DNA of 60,001 nt, from contig CAIWNX010000170.1 in the NCBI GenBank assembly GCA_903914175.1, positions 1-60,001 of the forward strand. Reading direction: 5' to 3'. Position numbers and translations under genes: made by a program. Below the pieces are notes generated by a model. That model saw only the letters and a program-made list of their open reading frames with translations. It was not told the DNA's origin and searched no databases. The DNA is from an uncultured beta proteobacterium (GTDB lineage Bacteria; Pseudomonadota; Gammaproteobacteria; Burkholderiales; Burkholderiaceae_C). Every line of letters begins with the position of its first letter. Position 1 is the first letter of the stretch. This document shows, in pieces, positions 26,578 to 36,762 of the stretch.

Positions 26578-28215
26578 TCAGGTGCTGCGATTATTTTGCG
26601 CTGAGCGCCGGTCGGTTGGCGAGCGTGGTTGTTGTGGGGTGCTGGCTTCCTCCGACGTTGCCAGACCGCGCTTGACGCCCCCCGGCTTTGGCCAGAGCAC
26701 CTCGATGCGCGTACCCTGACCCGGTGCCGCCGTGAGCGCGTAGTCTGCGCCGGAGAGCTCGGCGCGCTCTTGCATACTCTGCAGCCCCAGGCCGCTGCCA
26801 AACGCATGCTGGCTCAGGCCCAGCTCCGGGTCAAAACCCTGACCGTTGTCTTCAATCAGCAAGATCAGAGCGCCTTCCTGGCTCTTCAGTCGCACCCGTA
26901 ACCGGTCGGCCTTGGCGTGCTTGAGCGCGTTGCCCGTGGCCTCTTGAACAATGCGAAAGATCGTGATCTTGAGCAAATCAGGCACATCCGCTTCAGCGAC
27001 GCTGACTTCGCGCTGCAGGTGCAGTTCCGGGCAGGCCGACTCAAACTCGCGAAAGTACCAGGACAGCGTGGCCAGTATCCCCAGATCGTCAAGCGTTGAG
27101 GGGCGCAGGTTCATGGAAATACGGCGCAACTCGGTCAGCGCCGATTTGACTGTCGGGCCCAGGCCGGCCAGGGTCTGCGCTGCCTGACCCGAACTGCCGG
27201 TGCTCATCGAGCGTGTGGCTTCCTCAATCGAGAGTTTGACCAGACTCAAAGTCTGCCCCAGTCCGTCGTGCAGGTCCAGCGCGATGCGCCGGCGCTCGTT
27301 CTCCTGGATCGTCAGGTGCTGCGCGGCCAGGCGGCACAATTCGTCTTGCGTGATGCGCAAGGCCTCTTCGTTGCGCATCCAGTCGCGCATGTCGCGTCCC
27401 ATCAGGGTAAAGCCGCTGAGTTGCGCATGCTCGTCCTGATGCGACAGCAGCGTCAGGTGCACGCGGATTTCCTGCCCGCTGCGACTGCTGAGCATGGCGT
27501 CATCAGACCAGGCCCCCTCGTTTTGCGCCGTCAGCATGGCCTGTTCGCCGATGCGTGAGCGCTCGTGGGGGGCGTAGCACTCGGCCAGCGTCAAACCGGC
27601 CAAGGCCTCCTGTTCGCCCAGCCCAATCAGGTTTCGCCCGGTCGGGTTGAGGTAATACAAAACTCCGTTGTGATCGGACATGCCAATGAAAACCGGCGTC
27701 TTGTCCAAGACCGTGAGCAGCGGCGAGCGGGCCTTGATGGCTTGCACGCGGCGCTGCACTTCACCCTCGACGCGCCGGTTCAAAAGTCGGGCGGCCTCTC
27801 GGGCACGGTGTCCGCCGGACTTCAGATGGCTGACATCATCAATGTTGATCACGGCAAAAAAAGGCGGGTCCGGCGCGTCTTCGTTGGCCACTGGCAGCAT
27901 CGTGCGAATCTCCAGATGGCGCTTCAGGCACGCGTCCCAGACCTGGCAGTCGGCCCGCCCGTGCTGCGCCAGCCGCAGCGCCGTGCGCCGCCAGTACAGG
28001 CGCAAGTGGCAATCGGGATCGCTGCAATTCGGATGCAGTACCTGGTGCAGATCAAGACCACGGGCCTGTTCGGGAACGCCGAGTTGCCAGCGCGTGAGCG
28101 TGCGGTTGGCTTGCAGCACGCGTCCGTCACGGTCTACCAGGCAAATGAGTTGGGGCATCGCATCGGCAGCATGCTGCCACGACTGCGTGCTGGGCGCGGT
28201 GGTTTTGAAGTTCAC
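26578..28215 (-). CDS. Cytoplasmic PAS-PAS sensor histidine kinase (HisKA_3)
   Basis: GTG at 28215 with GGAG RBS; two PAS-like regions; ERRRIALDLHDGLGQ; LRPSTLDDLG; EDNGQGF; GLGLQSMQERA. Confidence 0.88.
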   Translation of the reverse strand: MNFKTTAPSTQSWQHAADAMPQLICLVDRDGRVLQANRTLTRWQLGVPEQARGLDLHQVLHPNCSDPDCHLRLYWRRTALRLAQHGRADCQVWDACLKRHLEIRTMLPVANEDAPDPPFFAVINIDDVSHLKSGGHRAREAARLLNRRVEGEVQRRVQAIKARSPLLTVLDKTPVFIGMSDHNGVLYYLNPTGRNLIGLGEQEALAGLTLAECYAPHERSRIGEQAMLTAQNEGAWSDDAMLSSRSGQEIRVHLTLLSHQDEHAQLSGFTLMGRDMRDWMRNEEALRITQDELCRLAAQHLTIQENERRRIALDLHDGLGQTLSLVKLSIEEATRSMSTGSSGQAAQTLAGLGPTVKSALTELRRISMNLRPSTLDDLGILATLSWYFREFESACPELHLQREVSVAEADVPDLLKITIFRIVQEATGNALKHAKADRLRVRLKSQEGALILLIEDNGQGFDPELGLSQHAFGSGLGLQSMQERAELSGADYALTAAPGQGTRIEVLWPKPGGVKRGLATSEEASTPQQPRSPTDRRSAQNNRST

Positions 28216-28268
28216 GGCAAAAGCTCCAAAAGAACTGCGTCGGAAAATTGCAGGCATGCTACCCGTTA

Positions 28269-28976
28269 TTACAAATTGTTGCTTGGCGCGCTCACTGGCG
28301 CGTGTCGCGAAGCAGGGGTGTCGCCGCTCAGCAGTCCTTTGGCAATGGCATAGGCCGTCAGGGTCGATGCGTTGTGCAGGTCGAGTTTTTTCATCAGGTT
28401 GGAGCGGTGTTTCTCCACCGTCTTGACGCTCAGACTCAGGTAACCGGCGATCGATTTGTTGGGGCGTCCCTCGGCCACCAGTTTGAGCACCTGCCGTTCG
28501 CGGTGGGTTACCGTTTCCCATGCGGAGGTGATGCCGGCGACGCGGCGGCTTCCCAGGTAGCCACTGATCACGGTATTGGAAATATCCGGACTCAGGTAGG
28601 TCTTGCCTTGCAGCACGCTGCGAATGGCCACACGCAACTCATCGCCGGTGGCGTCCTTCAGGATATAGCCATCGGCGCCGGCCCGCAGACTCTGCTGGAT
28701 GTACTCATCGGCCCGGTGCAGTGTGAGGATGAGAATTTTGATGTTCGGAACGCGTTGCTTGATCGCCGCAATGGTGGCGATGCCGCTGATGCCCGAGACC
28801 GTTGGGTCCATCAGGACCAGGTCGGGCAGCAGAGCCGCGATCATCCGTTCGGCTGGTGCTCCGGTTTCTGTCTCCCCCGCAATTTCGATGTCGCTCTCCT
28901 GCAGCAGCAAGGCACGCAGTCCAGCCCTGAGCAGCAGCTGATCTTCAACGATCACGATTCGGTAGTGGGTATCCAT
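28269..28976 (-). CDS. NarL/LuxR-family response regulator
   Basis: Receiver (IVIVED, DLVLMD, GYILKD) plus LuxR HTH (THRERQVLKLVAEG...IA..LSLSVKTVEKHRSNLMKKL). Confidence 0.95.
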   Translation of the reverse strand: MDTHYRIVIVEDQLLLRAGLRALLLQESDIEIAGETETGAPAERMIAALLPDLVLMDPTVSGISGIATIAAIKQRVPNIKILILTLHRADEYIQQSLRAGADGYILKDATGDELRVAIRSVLQGKTYLSPDISNTVISGYLGSRRVAGITSAWETVTHRERQVLKLVAEGRPNKSIAGYLSLSVKTVEKHRSNLMKKLDLHNASTLTAYAIAKGLLSGDTPASRHAPVSAPSNNL

Positions 28977-28986
28977 GTGTCAGTCC

Positions 28987-29634
28987 TTATCTGCGTCCGC
29001 GCGGCCCGAATCGGGTGGTGTCACTTTGGCCGGCGCCCGGCAATGTGGCACTGCTATCTGGCGCTGCATTGCCGCTCGTATCCTGCGCGCCGCTTGGCGT
29101 CGCACCAGCCGCAGGCTTGGCCACGGCCTGGGCCATAAAGACCCACTGCGAGTATTTTTCCTTGGCCTCGAAACTGCGGTCCGCAAGACTGAAGCCACCT
29201 TGTTTCAACGGTTGCGCATCGGATCGGCTGTAAACACCGACGATGCTGTTCGCGTCTGGCTTGACCAGTCCCCACTGCGTGCTGCCAGTGATGGGGTCGC
29301 GGTAGAGTTTGCGCAGGCTGCGCCGGACACCGGGAAAGCTGGGGTCCCTGAGCAGATCCTCCAGGCTATTCGGATAGCGCCCGGTGCTGGCGATGTAGAG
29401 CCCGATGGCGCGCCTGAATTCATTGCCGGCAAACAGCAGTTCTTCTTCCTTGTCCCGCAATTGCACGGTGTGCCAAAGCTGCGCGACGACGGTCAAGGCC
29501 AGTCCCATGGCGGCGACCAGGATCAGCAGCCCGATGTAGGTGAATCCGGCGTGACGGCCGGATCGGCGTGCAAGCGCACGGCGGCGTCGCCTCGGCGTTT
29601 GGGGTGTCTGCATGGGAGTGCGTCGGTTTACCAC
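28987..29634 (-). CDS. Type II secretion minor pseudopilin (non-Glu5 type)
   Basis: G|FTYIGLL prepilin site; RDKEEELLFAG; LRKLYRDPITG. Alternative ATG at 29613. Confidence 0.85.
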   Translation of the reverse strand: MVNRRTPMQTPQTPRRRRRALARRSGRHAGFTYIGLLILVAAMGLALTVVAQLWHTVQLRDKEEELLFAGNEFRRAIGLYIASTGRYPNSLEDLLRDPSFPGVRRSLRKLYRDPITGSTQWGLVKPDANSIVGVYSRSDAQPLKQGGFSLADRSFEAKEKYSQWVFMAQAVAKPAAGATPSGAQDTSGNAAPDSSATLPGAGQSDTTRFGPRGRR

Positions 29635-30011
29635 TCGCGAATCAGCGTGCCATCGCGGCCCAGGCCTTCGGCGCTGCTGTGAATGTCGCTGACCGCGCCT
29701 TTGGCGGGGTCATCGGGCGTGACCAGCAGCCAATTGCTGCTGTCAACCAGAGGGTCGACCGGCAGGCTGCGCAAGTAGCGTGTGCTGACCAGAACGTCCA
29801 GGCTGTCCGGATATTTGCCTTTGTCGCTATAGAACTTGTCCAGCGCATCCCGGGTTACCGACAGGGTCTGGCGCAGGGCCGTTTCCTTTGACTTTTGCAG
29901 ACTGCCGAAATAGCGCGGGGCGGCCAGTGCCAGGAGCATGGCCACAATCACCATGACCACCATCAGTTCGATCAAGGTAAAGCCGCTGTGGCTTCGACGG
30001 GCGTGCACCAT
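29628..30011 (-). CDS. Type II secretion pseudopilin (GspG-like minor)
   Basis: G|FTLIELMVV; RDALDKFYSDKGKYPDSL; YLRSLPVDP. Confidence 0.9.
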   Translation of the reverse strand: MVHARRSHSGFTLIELMVVMVIVAMLLALAAPRYFGSLQKSKETALRQTLSVTRDALDKFYSDKGKYPDSLDVLVSTRYLRSLPVDPLVDSSNWLLVTPDDPAKGAVSDIHSSAEGLGRDGTLIREW

Positions 30012-30016
30012 GGTTC

Positions 30017-30505
30017 CTACCACTGCCGGTACGGCACGCCATTGAGCGCGACGCCAGCGGACTTGGAATACACGTCAAAGACATCAGCGCCGGCTGACGG
30101 GTTGTCGGGCTCGCTGGCGTAGCTGCGCAGGCCCCAGCTTTCCTCAGGCGCCCCTTCGAAATCGCGCGCCAGCGGGTCGCGTGGCATGCGCCGCAGGAAG
30201 TAGATCTTGGCCTGCTGGGCGCTGCTGGCGTCGACCACGCCGTCGACCAGCACACCGAGCGTTGGCGGGTAGCCCGATTCGCCCACAGTCTTGACCAGGC
30301 GGCCCTCGTCGTAGGCTTGTTTGTAGGCGTCAATGGCGCGGCGCAAAGTGCGCAGTTGCAAACGAAGTTCCTGTTCCTGGCTGCGTTGCCAGGAGACCTC
30401 CGCCAGGGGTACGGCGGTGGCGGCCAGCAAGCCAACAATGGCGACGGTCACGGCGAGTTCAATCAGGGTGAAGCCCTGCGTTGGGCGAGGTCTGCGCAGC
30501 ATCAT
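30017..30505 (-). CDS. Type II secretion pseudopilin (GspG-like minor)
   Basis: G|FTLIELAV; RAIDAYK; YFLRRMPRDP; DVFDVYS. Confidence 0.9.
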   Translation of the reverse strand: MMLRRPRPTQGFTLIELAVTVAIVGLLAATAVPLAEVSWQRSQEQELRLQLRTLRRAIDAYKQAYDEGRLVKTVGESGYPPTLGVLVDGVVDASSAQQAKIYFLRRMPRDPLARDFEGAPEESWGLRSYASEPDNPSAGADVFDVYSKSAGVALNGVPYRQW

Positions 30506-32562
30506 GGCGCCGCCTTGAACGGTATTGGTTCGCCGGCGCCAGGTGTCGGTGGCGCGCTCGCCTCCGGGACCGTGGGCGCTGGCGGGGCGGCGAAGCCGAC
30601 CGTTGGCGGCGTGGCCTGTGCCGGAATTGGCGCCGCTGGCGCGGCTGCGCCCGGGGGCAGACTCTCGGCCGGAGCCGAGCGCGGCGTCAGTCGCGAGGGC
30701 AGTTGGGGTGTGTTGCCGGCGGGTGCTTGCAACAACTGGCCGGTGCTGCCCGACAGCGTGACGGAGCCGGTTTGGCGCAGCAAAGTGGGCGCACTGCGCA
30801 GACTGCTTTCCGTACCGCTCCAGAACTCGACCGACTGGGCCTCGGGCAAGCGGGTGCGGCCAACGATGCGCGGCGTGATCGAGAGCACGATTTCCGTTTT
30901 CAGGTTGTCGTTGTGACGCGTCGAAAACAAGCGGCCCAGACCGGGTACCTCACCCAATCCGGGGATCATGATGCGGGAACGGGTTTCGTTGTCCCGGATC
31001 AGCCCGGCCAGCACCTGGGTTTCGCCGTCCTTGAGGCGAAGAACGGTTGCCGCAGTGCGGGTTGAGATCGGAAAGGCGCTGGTTCCCGAGACCGCGTTGG
31101 TTACGGCGGCGCCGGCGGAACTCACCTCCAGGCTGATCTTGATGCCGACCTCGGCGTCTGGATGGATGTCGGGTTCGACTTCGAGTTTGAGGCCGACATC
31201 GAGGTACTGAACACTTCCGGTTGTCACCGAGGCGCCGGTCGCCAGTGGCGTGACCGAGTTGGTGAAGACCGGCAAGCGGTCGCCGATATGAATTTTTGCC
31301 TTCTCCTTGTTGCGGGCCCGGATACGCGGACTGGCCAGTACGTTGACATCGGAATCATCGAGATGCGCGTTCAGGGTAATGCCCGGCACCGGTGTGACGA
31401 TCAGACTGTCGCGGCTGACGCTGCGCAGCGCACCCAGTGTGAGACCGCCACCCGCCGCCGCACCCGGTATCTGCAGGCTCAGGCTGTCGGGGTACTGGAT
31501 GCCGAGTTCGGACAGGCGTGAGCGTGTGATTTCGAGCACCTCGATTTCGAGCATCACTTCGGGTTCGGCGAGATCCTGATCGGCGATGATTTTCTCGGCC
31601 AGGCGGATCGCTTCGGGCGTGTCGCGCATGATCAGAGAATTGGTTTTCTCGTGAATGAACATGTCACGGGTCTTCAGGATCGTCTTGATCATCGCCTGCA
31701 TCTGTTTGGCGTCGGCATTGACGAGATGAAAACTCCTCACCTTGAGGTCCTGGTAATCCTTGGTTTTGGTTGGCGTGTTGGGGTAGATGAAAAGCGTGTT
31801 GTCCGACAGCACCTTCTTCTCCAGCTGGTTTTGCATCAGGATCAGATCGATGGTGTCTTCCACCGAGGTCGCCTTGACAAAAATCGTTGCCTTCAGGTCG
31901 GGTCTGACATCCTTGTCGAGCAGGATGTTGATGCCGGTGGTTTTGGAGATCGACTCCAGCACCATCTTGAGATTGGCGTCCCTGAATTGCAGGGTCACGG
32001 GTTTTTGGAAATTGGCCCGCAGCGCAGGTTCGGAGCCGAGTTCGCTGGACGTGCGCTCGTTGATCTGGCGTTGCAGCATGAGCGCATTGCCGTGGTTCGG
32101 GTTCTCAAGAAAGACCTCGCGCAAGCGTGCGGCGGCGCCGTCGCCATCGCCTTTTTTGAACAGGCTGATGGCATCGGACAGGATGGCTTCGTGGTGCCGG
32201 TCCATGGCGACGGCCTCGAGCCCGCCGCGCGCGCGCGCACTGCCTGAATCCATGCGCAGTGCCTGGCGATAGGCTTCCTCAGCACGGTCAAAGTGAGCGG
32301 CTGCGCGCTCGTTGTTGCCAGTGGCAACCAGGCGATAGGCGGCTTCCTCGCGGGTGCGTGTGAAATCTTTGCGAATTTGAATGTCGCCGGGATCCATGCG
32401 CATCGCCTCTTCAAGTTTGCCCAGCGCCTGTTCATAGCGGCCCTGGCTGAGCAGTTCCATCCCCTCGCCATGGATGCGTTGGGCCGCGCAGCCGCACAGC
32501 AGCGCCACAGCGAGCACGGCGCTGCCGGCGAAGTGCCGGGTGGTTGGGATAAGCCGGTTCAT
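30502..32562 (-). CDS. gspD: Secretin with lipobox and N-terminal TPRs
   Basis: LCGC lipobox; TPR helices; STN/N domains; EVMLEIEVLE, LASPRIR, YLDVGLKLEVEP, LRLKDGETQVLAGLI, PGLGEVPGLGRLF. Confidence 0.92.
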   Translation of the reverse strand: MNRLIPTTRHFAGSAVLAVALLCGCAAQRIHGEGMELLSQGRYEQALGKLEEAMRMDPGDIQIRKDFTRTREEAAYRLVATGNNERAAAHFDRAEEAYRQALRMDSGSARARGGLEAVAMDRHHEAILSDAISLFKKGDGDGAAARLREVFLENPNHGNALMLQRQINERTSSELGSEPALRANFQKPVTLQFRDANLKMVLESISKTTGINILLDKDVRPDLKATIFVKATSVEDTIDLILMQNQLEKKVLSDNTLFIYPNTPTKTKDYQDLKVRSFHLVNADAKQMQAMIKTILKTRDMFIHEKTNSLIMRDTPEAIRLAEKIIADQDLAEPEVMLEIEVLEITRSRLSELGIQYPDSLSLQIPGAAAGGGLTLGALRSVSRDSLIVTPVPGITLNAHLDDSDVNVLASPRIRARNKEKAKIHIGDRLPVFTNSVTPLATGASVTTGSVQYLDVGLKLEVEPDIHPDAEVGIKISLEVSSAGAAVTNAVSGTSAFPISTRTAATVLRLKDGETQVLAGLIRDNETRSRIMIPGLGEVPGLGRLFSTRHNDNLKTEIVLSITPRIVGRTRLPEAQSVEFWSGTESSLRSAPTLLRQTGSVTLSGSTGQLLQAPAGNTPQLPSRLTPRSAPAESLPPGAAAPAAPIPAQATPPTVGFAAPPAPTVPEASAPPTPGAGEPIPFKAAP

Positions 32563-32616
32563 GTTTCGTCCTTTGTCACACGATGGAGGTGTCTGTACCT
32601 TGCGGGTCCGATGGCT

Positions 32617-33129
32617 TCATTCCGCATTGCCAATATCCAGGGTCTGCCCGATGTTGAGCGGCAGGTAGGTCAGACCGAGCCGACTACCGGCGATGCCGTC
32701 CACGCGGTAAGTTCCTTCGATCACATCGCCTGCGCGCACCAGCAGTACGCGTTCGCCACGGACCAGGTAAATGATGGGGGTGGCGGCGTCCTGATAGCGT
32801 CCAAGATAGGTGAAAGGCAGCGGCGGCGCCGTCGGTGGCGGTGCTGGCAAGGGTTTTGCTGCCGGCGGCGGTGGCGGCGCCACGTACCAGGACTTTCCCG
32901 CAAACAGGTTGGCAGTCTCGCCGGCGTCGGTTTCGACTTGCCGCGCTGTCAGGTCCAGCGCAGTGACATCGAGACTGCGGCGAACCTGTGTTTTGGGTTT
33001 GACGGCTGACGCCGCCTTGGCCAGCGGCAGACTGATTTCATCGGTGTCGCGATAAGACCCGGCCCAGGCCAGCAACACGAGCATGCCAATGCCCAGCAGC
33101 AACCACTTGCGCCGGCCTGGCATCTTCAT
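32617..33129 (-). CDS. T2SS accessory protein (PilP/GspC-position, Pro-rich)
   Basis: N-terminal TM; NLFA.KSW..PPPPP; PPLPFTYLG; position between secretin and PilO-like gene. Confidence 0.7.
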   Translation of the reverse strand: MKMPGRRKWLLLGIGMLVLLAWAGSYRDTDEISLPLAKAASAVKPKTQVRRSLDVTALDLTARQVETDAGETANLFAGKSWYVAPPPPPAAKPLPAPPPTAPPLPFTYLGRYQDAATPIIYLVRGERVLLVRAGDVIEGTYRVDGIAGSRLGLTYLPLNIGQTLDIGNAE

Positions 33130-33674
33130 GGCTTCTTCCCCAGTTGAATCGTCAATCTGATCTTGGCGTTGACGACCGACTCACCAACGCTCTTGCGCTC
33201 GAACTGGATGCTGTCAAGCGACAGGGAGCTCACCTGCGCCATGGCAAGCGCGACAAACTTGCGCAGTTGGGGATAGCTCGCACGTACCGGCAGCGTGATT
33301 TGAAACTGCGTCAGTCGATCGCCGCTTTCCTGTAACACGCGGTATTCGCCGGCATCGATTTGCAGCCCCTGTGCGCTGGCGGCGGCGAATATCTTTCCCA
33401 GCAGATCCGGCAGTTCGGCGGAAGCGGGCAACAGGGCATAGAAGGAGGTGAGCTGCTCGGTCGGGCCGGCAGGCGCTGTTGCTTCGGTGATCGAGGTCGG
33501 CACCGGCTGGCGGGCCAAGGCAAGTTGCTGCTGCAGGGTTTGCAGGCGCAGACCCGCAGGGCGCAGCGTGGCGATATAAAAAGCGCTGACCAACAGCAGC
33601 AGCGCCAGACCGAGAGCACCTGGCCAAGCCAGTCTTGCCGCGCTGCGCAAGTAGATCATCTGAATTTGCTTCAT
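33126..33674 (-). CDS. PilO/GspM-like protein
   Basis: TM followed by coiled coil; QITLPVRASYPQLRKFV; operon position. Confidence 0.75.
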   Translation of the reverse strand: MKQIQMIYLRSAARLAWPGALGLALLLLVSAFYIATLRPAGLRLQTLQQQLALARQPVPTSITEATAPAGPTEQLTSFYALLPASAELPDLLGKIFAAASAQGLQIDAGEYRVLQESGDRLTQFQITLPVRASYPQLRKFVALAMAQVSSLSLDSIQFERKSVGESVVNAKIRLTIQLGKKP

Positions 33675-34228
33675 GGCGCAGCACCTGAATTGGGCAAGTG
33701 GCCGGAGTCCCAGCGGGACGCCAGAACAAACCGGACCGGATGCTGCGGGTCCTGCTGCTGCACGTGATGGCTGAGTAAAAAAGTGTTGACCAGTTTCGGT
33801 TGTTCCGACAGGGCGCGAACATAGTCGAGCATGGACTGCAGGTCCTTCGCTTCGGCCGAGATTTTGAGTTGGCGCTTGTCGCTGTCGGACTCGATGCTCA
33901 GCAAGGCGACGGTGGGGATGTTGGCGGCCTCGACGCTGACAAACAAATCGCCCCAGGGTTGCTTGAGCGCTGCTGCCGCATCGCGCGCGCGGCGCAAGTC
34001 ACGCTCGAACTGCGCGAGGTCGACTTCGACGTGCTGGGCGGCCACTTGCCGGCGTGCTGCAGCGCTGCGCTTTGTCAGGCTGGCCTGGGCCTGTTCCGCA
34101 GCTTCGGCCAGTTGCTGGTATTGCTGGGCGCTGACGATGGCAACAGTCAGGCTGCAAGCCAGCAGCGCAAAGCCGGGCCAAAGGACTTTGCCCTTGGTGC
34201 GTCGGAAGTCCAGATCAAGCGCGCGCAT
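33671..34228 (-). CDS. PilN/GspL-periplasmic-like protein
   Basis: LDLDF; TM; PWGDLF.SVE; ISAEAKDLQSMLDYV. Confidence 0.75.
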   Translation of the reverse strand: MRALDLDFRRTKGKVLWPGFALLACSLTVAIVSAQQYQQLAEAAEQAQASLTKRSAAARRQVAAQHVEVDLAQFERDLRRARDAAAALKQPWGDLFVSVEAANIPTVALLSIESDSDKRQLKISAEAKDLQSMLDYVRALSEQPKLVNTFLLSHHVQQQDPQHPVRFVLASRWDSGHLPNSGAAP

Positions 34229-34232
34229 GGCA

Positions 34233-35063
34233 TCAGGCCGCTAACGCGATCGAAAACGGCGCGTCAACACCGGAGTTCATGCCGGGGAGCAGGGCCGGTG
34301 ACGGTGTTGTGAAACGCCATTTGCCGGCCGGCAGCACCAGGGGTCGTGTTGCGTCGGGCGCGATCAGCACAACGTCCAGGCAGGGGGTTGCGCAATCGAG
34401 CAGGCAGGCTTCGCGCTCAAGCAAGCGGGGCAGTTCGTTGATCCAGTCGGCGCCCACCTTGACGCGGTTGATGCTGTGCCAGCAGCCGTCCTGCAGCAGG
34501 GCCAGGCACAGCAGGCCGGGTTCTGCCACCACCAGCCAGGTCGGGCCTTTGCCGATGTGCGCGCGGCAGGAATTGAAGCTGGCCATCAGGTGCGGCTGCA
34601 GTGATCGATAGCGTCGGCCCAGCGGGCCCAGGTGCGTACGCAAGGCCTCGATCAGCGCGGGTTCAACGGCGCAGGCCAGACGCGGCTCACCCGGCGTGTC
34701 GCTGCACAGCCGCAGCTTCCATTGGGCGGCGCCGCCGCCATGGACGCGCTCGAAGCAGTGACGGGCATAGGCCCAGTGCTCTTCCTGATTGCTCAGGCCA
34801 TCGCGCCAGGGTATGACGAGGTAATGCACAAAGTGATTCGACAGGATCAGCTTCACGTGGGCGCGCGGCAATGCCGCTGGGCTGACTTTTTCGGCCAGCG
34901 CATCGGTGGCCGCTTGCCATGCGGGAATGCCGGTTTCGGCTGGCGCGAACGCAAGCGACTCCTTGTGTACCAGACGCCGGCGCAGTCCGCCGCTGCTGCG
35001 CACCAGCACCAGACGCTGCGGAAACAGGGCAATGCCCAATTGGTCAGGCGACAAAAGTGACAC
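34233..35063 (-). CDS. PilM/GspL-cytoplasmic-like protein
   Basis: GTG overlapping the gspE end; LILSNHFVHYLVIPW; SLQPHLMASFN. Confidence 0.7.
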   Translation of the reverse strand: MSLLSPDQLGIALFPQRLVLVRSSGGLRRRLVHKESLAFAPAETGIPAWQAATDALAEKVSPAALPRAHVKLILSNHFVHYLVIPWRDGLSNQEEHWAYARHCFERVHGGGAAQWKLRLCSDTPGEPRLACAVEPALIEALRTHLGPLGRRYRSLQPHLMASFNSCRAHIGKGPTWLVVAEPGLLCLALLQDGCWHSINRVKVGADWINELPRLLEREACLLDCATPCLDVVLIAPDATRPLVLPAGKWRFTTPSPALLPGMNSGVDAPFSIALAA

Positions 35064-36762
35064 GATTGATTTCCTGCAAGGTGGTGGCGCCGCTGCGCAC
35101 GAGTTCGACGGCGGCGTCGCGCAGAAAGCGCGTGCCACCCCGGGTAGCGGCTTCGCGGATGCGCCGGATTGGCTCACGTGCGACGATCAGTTCACGAATC
35201 TCGTCATTCAGGCGCAGCACTTCACCGATGGCGCGTCGGCCCTTGAAACCGGTGCCACGGCAATGGCCGCAACCGCGTCCGTGTGCAAAGGAAAAGTCCG
35301 CGGCCTGTGCCAGGCTGATCCCGGAATCGAGCAACAGTTGGGGCGCGGGCTGCTCCGGTTCCGAGCAGTGCGTGCAGTTGACGCGCACCAGCCGCTGCGC
35401 GACGACGCCGTTCAGGGCGGATACGAACATGTAGGGATCGACACCCATGTGCACGAAGCGGCCGATCACGTCAAACACATTGTTGGCGTGCACGGTGGTG
35501 AAGACCAGGTGCCCGGTGAGGGCGGACTGCACCGCGATCTGCGCCGTCTCCGCATCGCGGATTTCGCCGACCATGATCTTGTCGGGGTCGTGGCGCAGGA
35601 TGGAGCGCAGGCCCCGGGCAAAGGTGAGCCCCTTCTTTTCGTTGACCGGGATCTGCAGCACGCCGGGTAACTGGTACTCGACTGGATCTTCAATCGTGAT
35701 GATCTTGTCTTGCCCATGGTTGATTTCGCTGATGGCGGCGTAGAGCGTGGTGGTCTTGCCGCTGCCGGTGGGTCCGGTGACCAGCAACATGCCGTAGGGT
35801 TCGCTGGAAAACCGGCGCACATCGGCCACGTCGCGCTCATCGAAGCCAAGGTAGTTCAGGCGCAGCCCCTTGATCTGGTCGCTCAGGGTCTGCTTGTCAA
35901 GAATCCGGATCACCGCGTCTTCGCCGAAGATGCTCGGCATGACCGAAACCCGGCAGTCGACTTCGCGGCCGTGCACGCCGATTTTGAAGCGCCCGTCCTG
36001 CGGCACGCGGCGCTCCGAAATGTCGAGTTCGGACATCACCTTGATGCGCGACATGACCTGCTCGGCAACTTCGGCACCCGCGAGCGTGACCGCTGTGGTC
36101 AGCACGCCATCGACCCGGTACTTGATTGCCAGACCGGCGGCATTGCACTCGACATGGATGTCGCTGGCCTCGAGCCTGAAGGCGTCGTACAGGGTTGAAT
36201 GCACGAGCTTGACAATCTGGCTCGTATCTTCGCGGATGGATTTGAACGACAGTTCCTCGGTTCGCGATTGACCCTTGGCGGCCTTGGCTGTATCGGGCAG
36301 CACACTGTCGACGGCGCGCAGGGTTTCCTCAAAACGGTTGAGATAGGCACTCAAGTCGGCGTGGTGCACGACGCAGACGACGAAATTGACGCCGATGCGC
36401 GCCTGGGCCCAGGTATGAAGATCACGATCGAGCGGATCTCCCATGGCAAGCAGGTGGTGGCCACGGGCGTCGCGGAACAGGGCGCAGTTGCGCTCCAGCG
36501 CCTGCGCAAAGGGAAGCTGATCAAAGGCCGCCTCCAGGGCGTGCAACTGCGTCATCGTCAACGCGTCGTAACCCAGCAGCTCGGCCAGGGCCTGGGTGAA
36601 GGCTTCGGCGTCCATGGCGCTGCTCTCCTGCAACACCTCGATGGCACGCCGGCTGCTTGCGCTCGCCAGGGCGCGCGCCGCGCGTACCTGCATCAGGTCA
36701 AGCGCTTGCACTGGCGCCAATGGCGCTGCCAATTGTTCAGCGGTGCTGTCGCGCATATTCAT
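35044..36762 (-). CDS. gspE: Type II secretion ATPase
   Basis: ASDIHVE; RRVPQDGR; Walker A GPTGSGKTTTLY; TIEDPVEY; LRHDPDKIMVGEIRD; CxxC...CxxC zinc motif. Confidence 0.95.
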   Translation of the reverse strand: MNMRDSTAEQLAAPLAPVQALDLMQVRAARALASASSRRAIEVLQESSAMDAEAFTQALAELLGYDALTMTQLHALEAAFDQLPFAQALERNCALFRDARGHHLLAMGDPLDRDLHTWAQARIGVNFVVCVVHHADLSAYLNRFEETLRAVDSVLPDTAKAAKGQSRTEELSFKSIREDTSQIVKLVHSTLYDAFRLEASDIHVECNAAGLAIKYRVDGVLTTAVTLAGAEVAEQVMSRIKVMSELDISERRVPQDGRFKIGVHGREVDCRVSVMPSIFGEDAVIRILDKQTLSDQIKGLRLNYLGFDERDVADVRRFSSEPYGMLLVTGPTGSGKTTTLYAAISEINHGQDKIITIEDPVEYQLPGVLQIPVNEKKGLTFARGLRSILRHDPDKIMVGEIRDAETAQIAVQSALTGHLVFTTVHANNVFDVIGRFVHMGVDPYMFVSALNGVVAQRLVRVNCTHCSEPEQPAPQLLLDSGISLAQAADFSFAHGRGCGHCRGTGFKGRRAIGEVLRLNDEIRELIVAREPIRRIREAATRGGTRFLRDAAVELVRSGATTLQEINRVTFVA

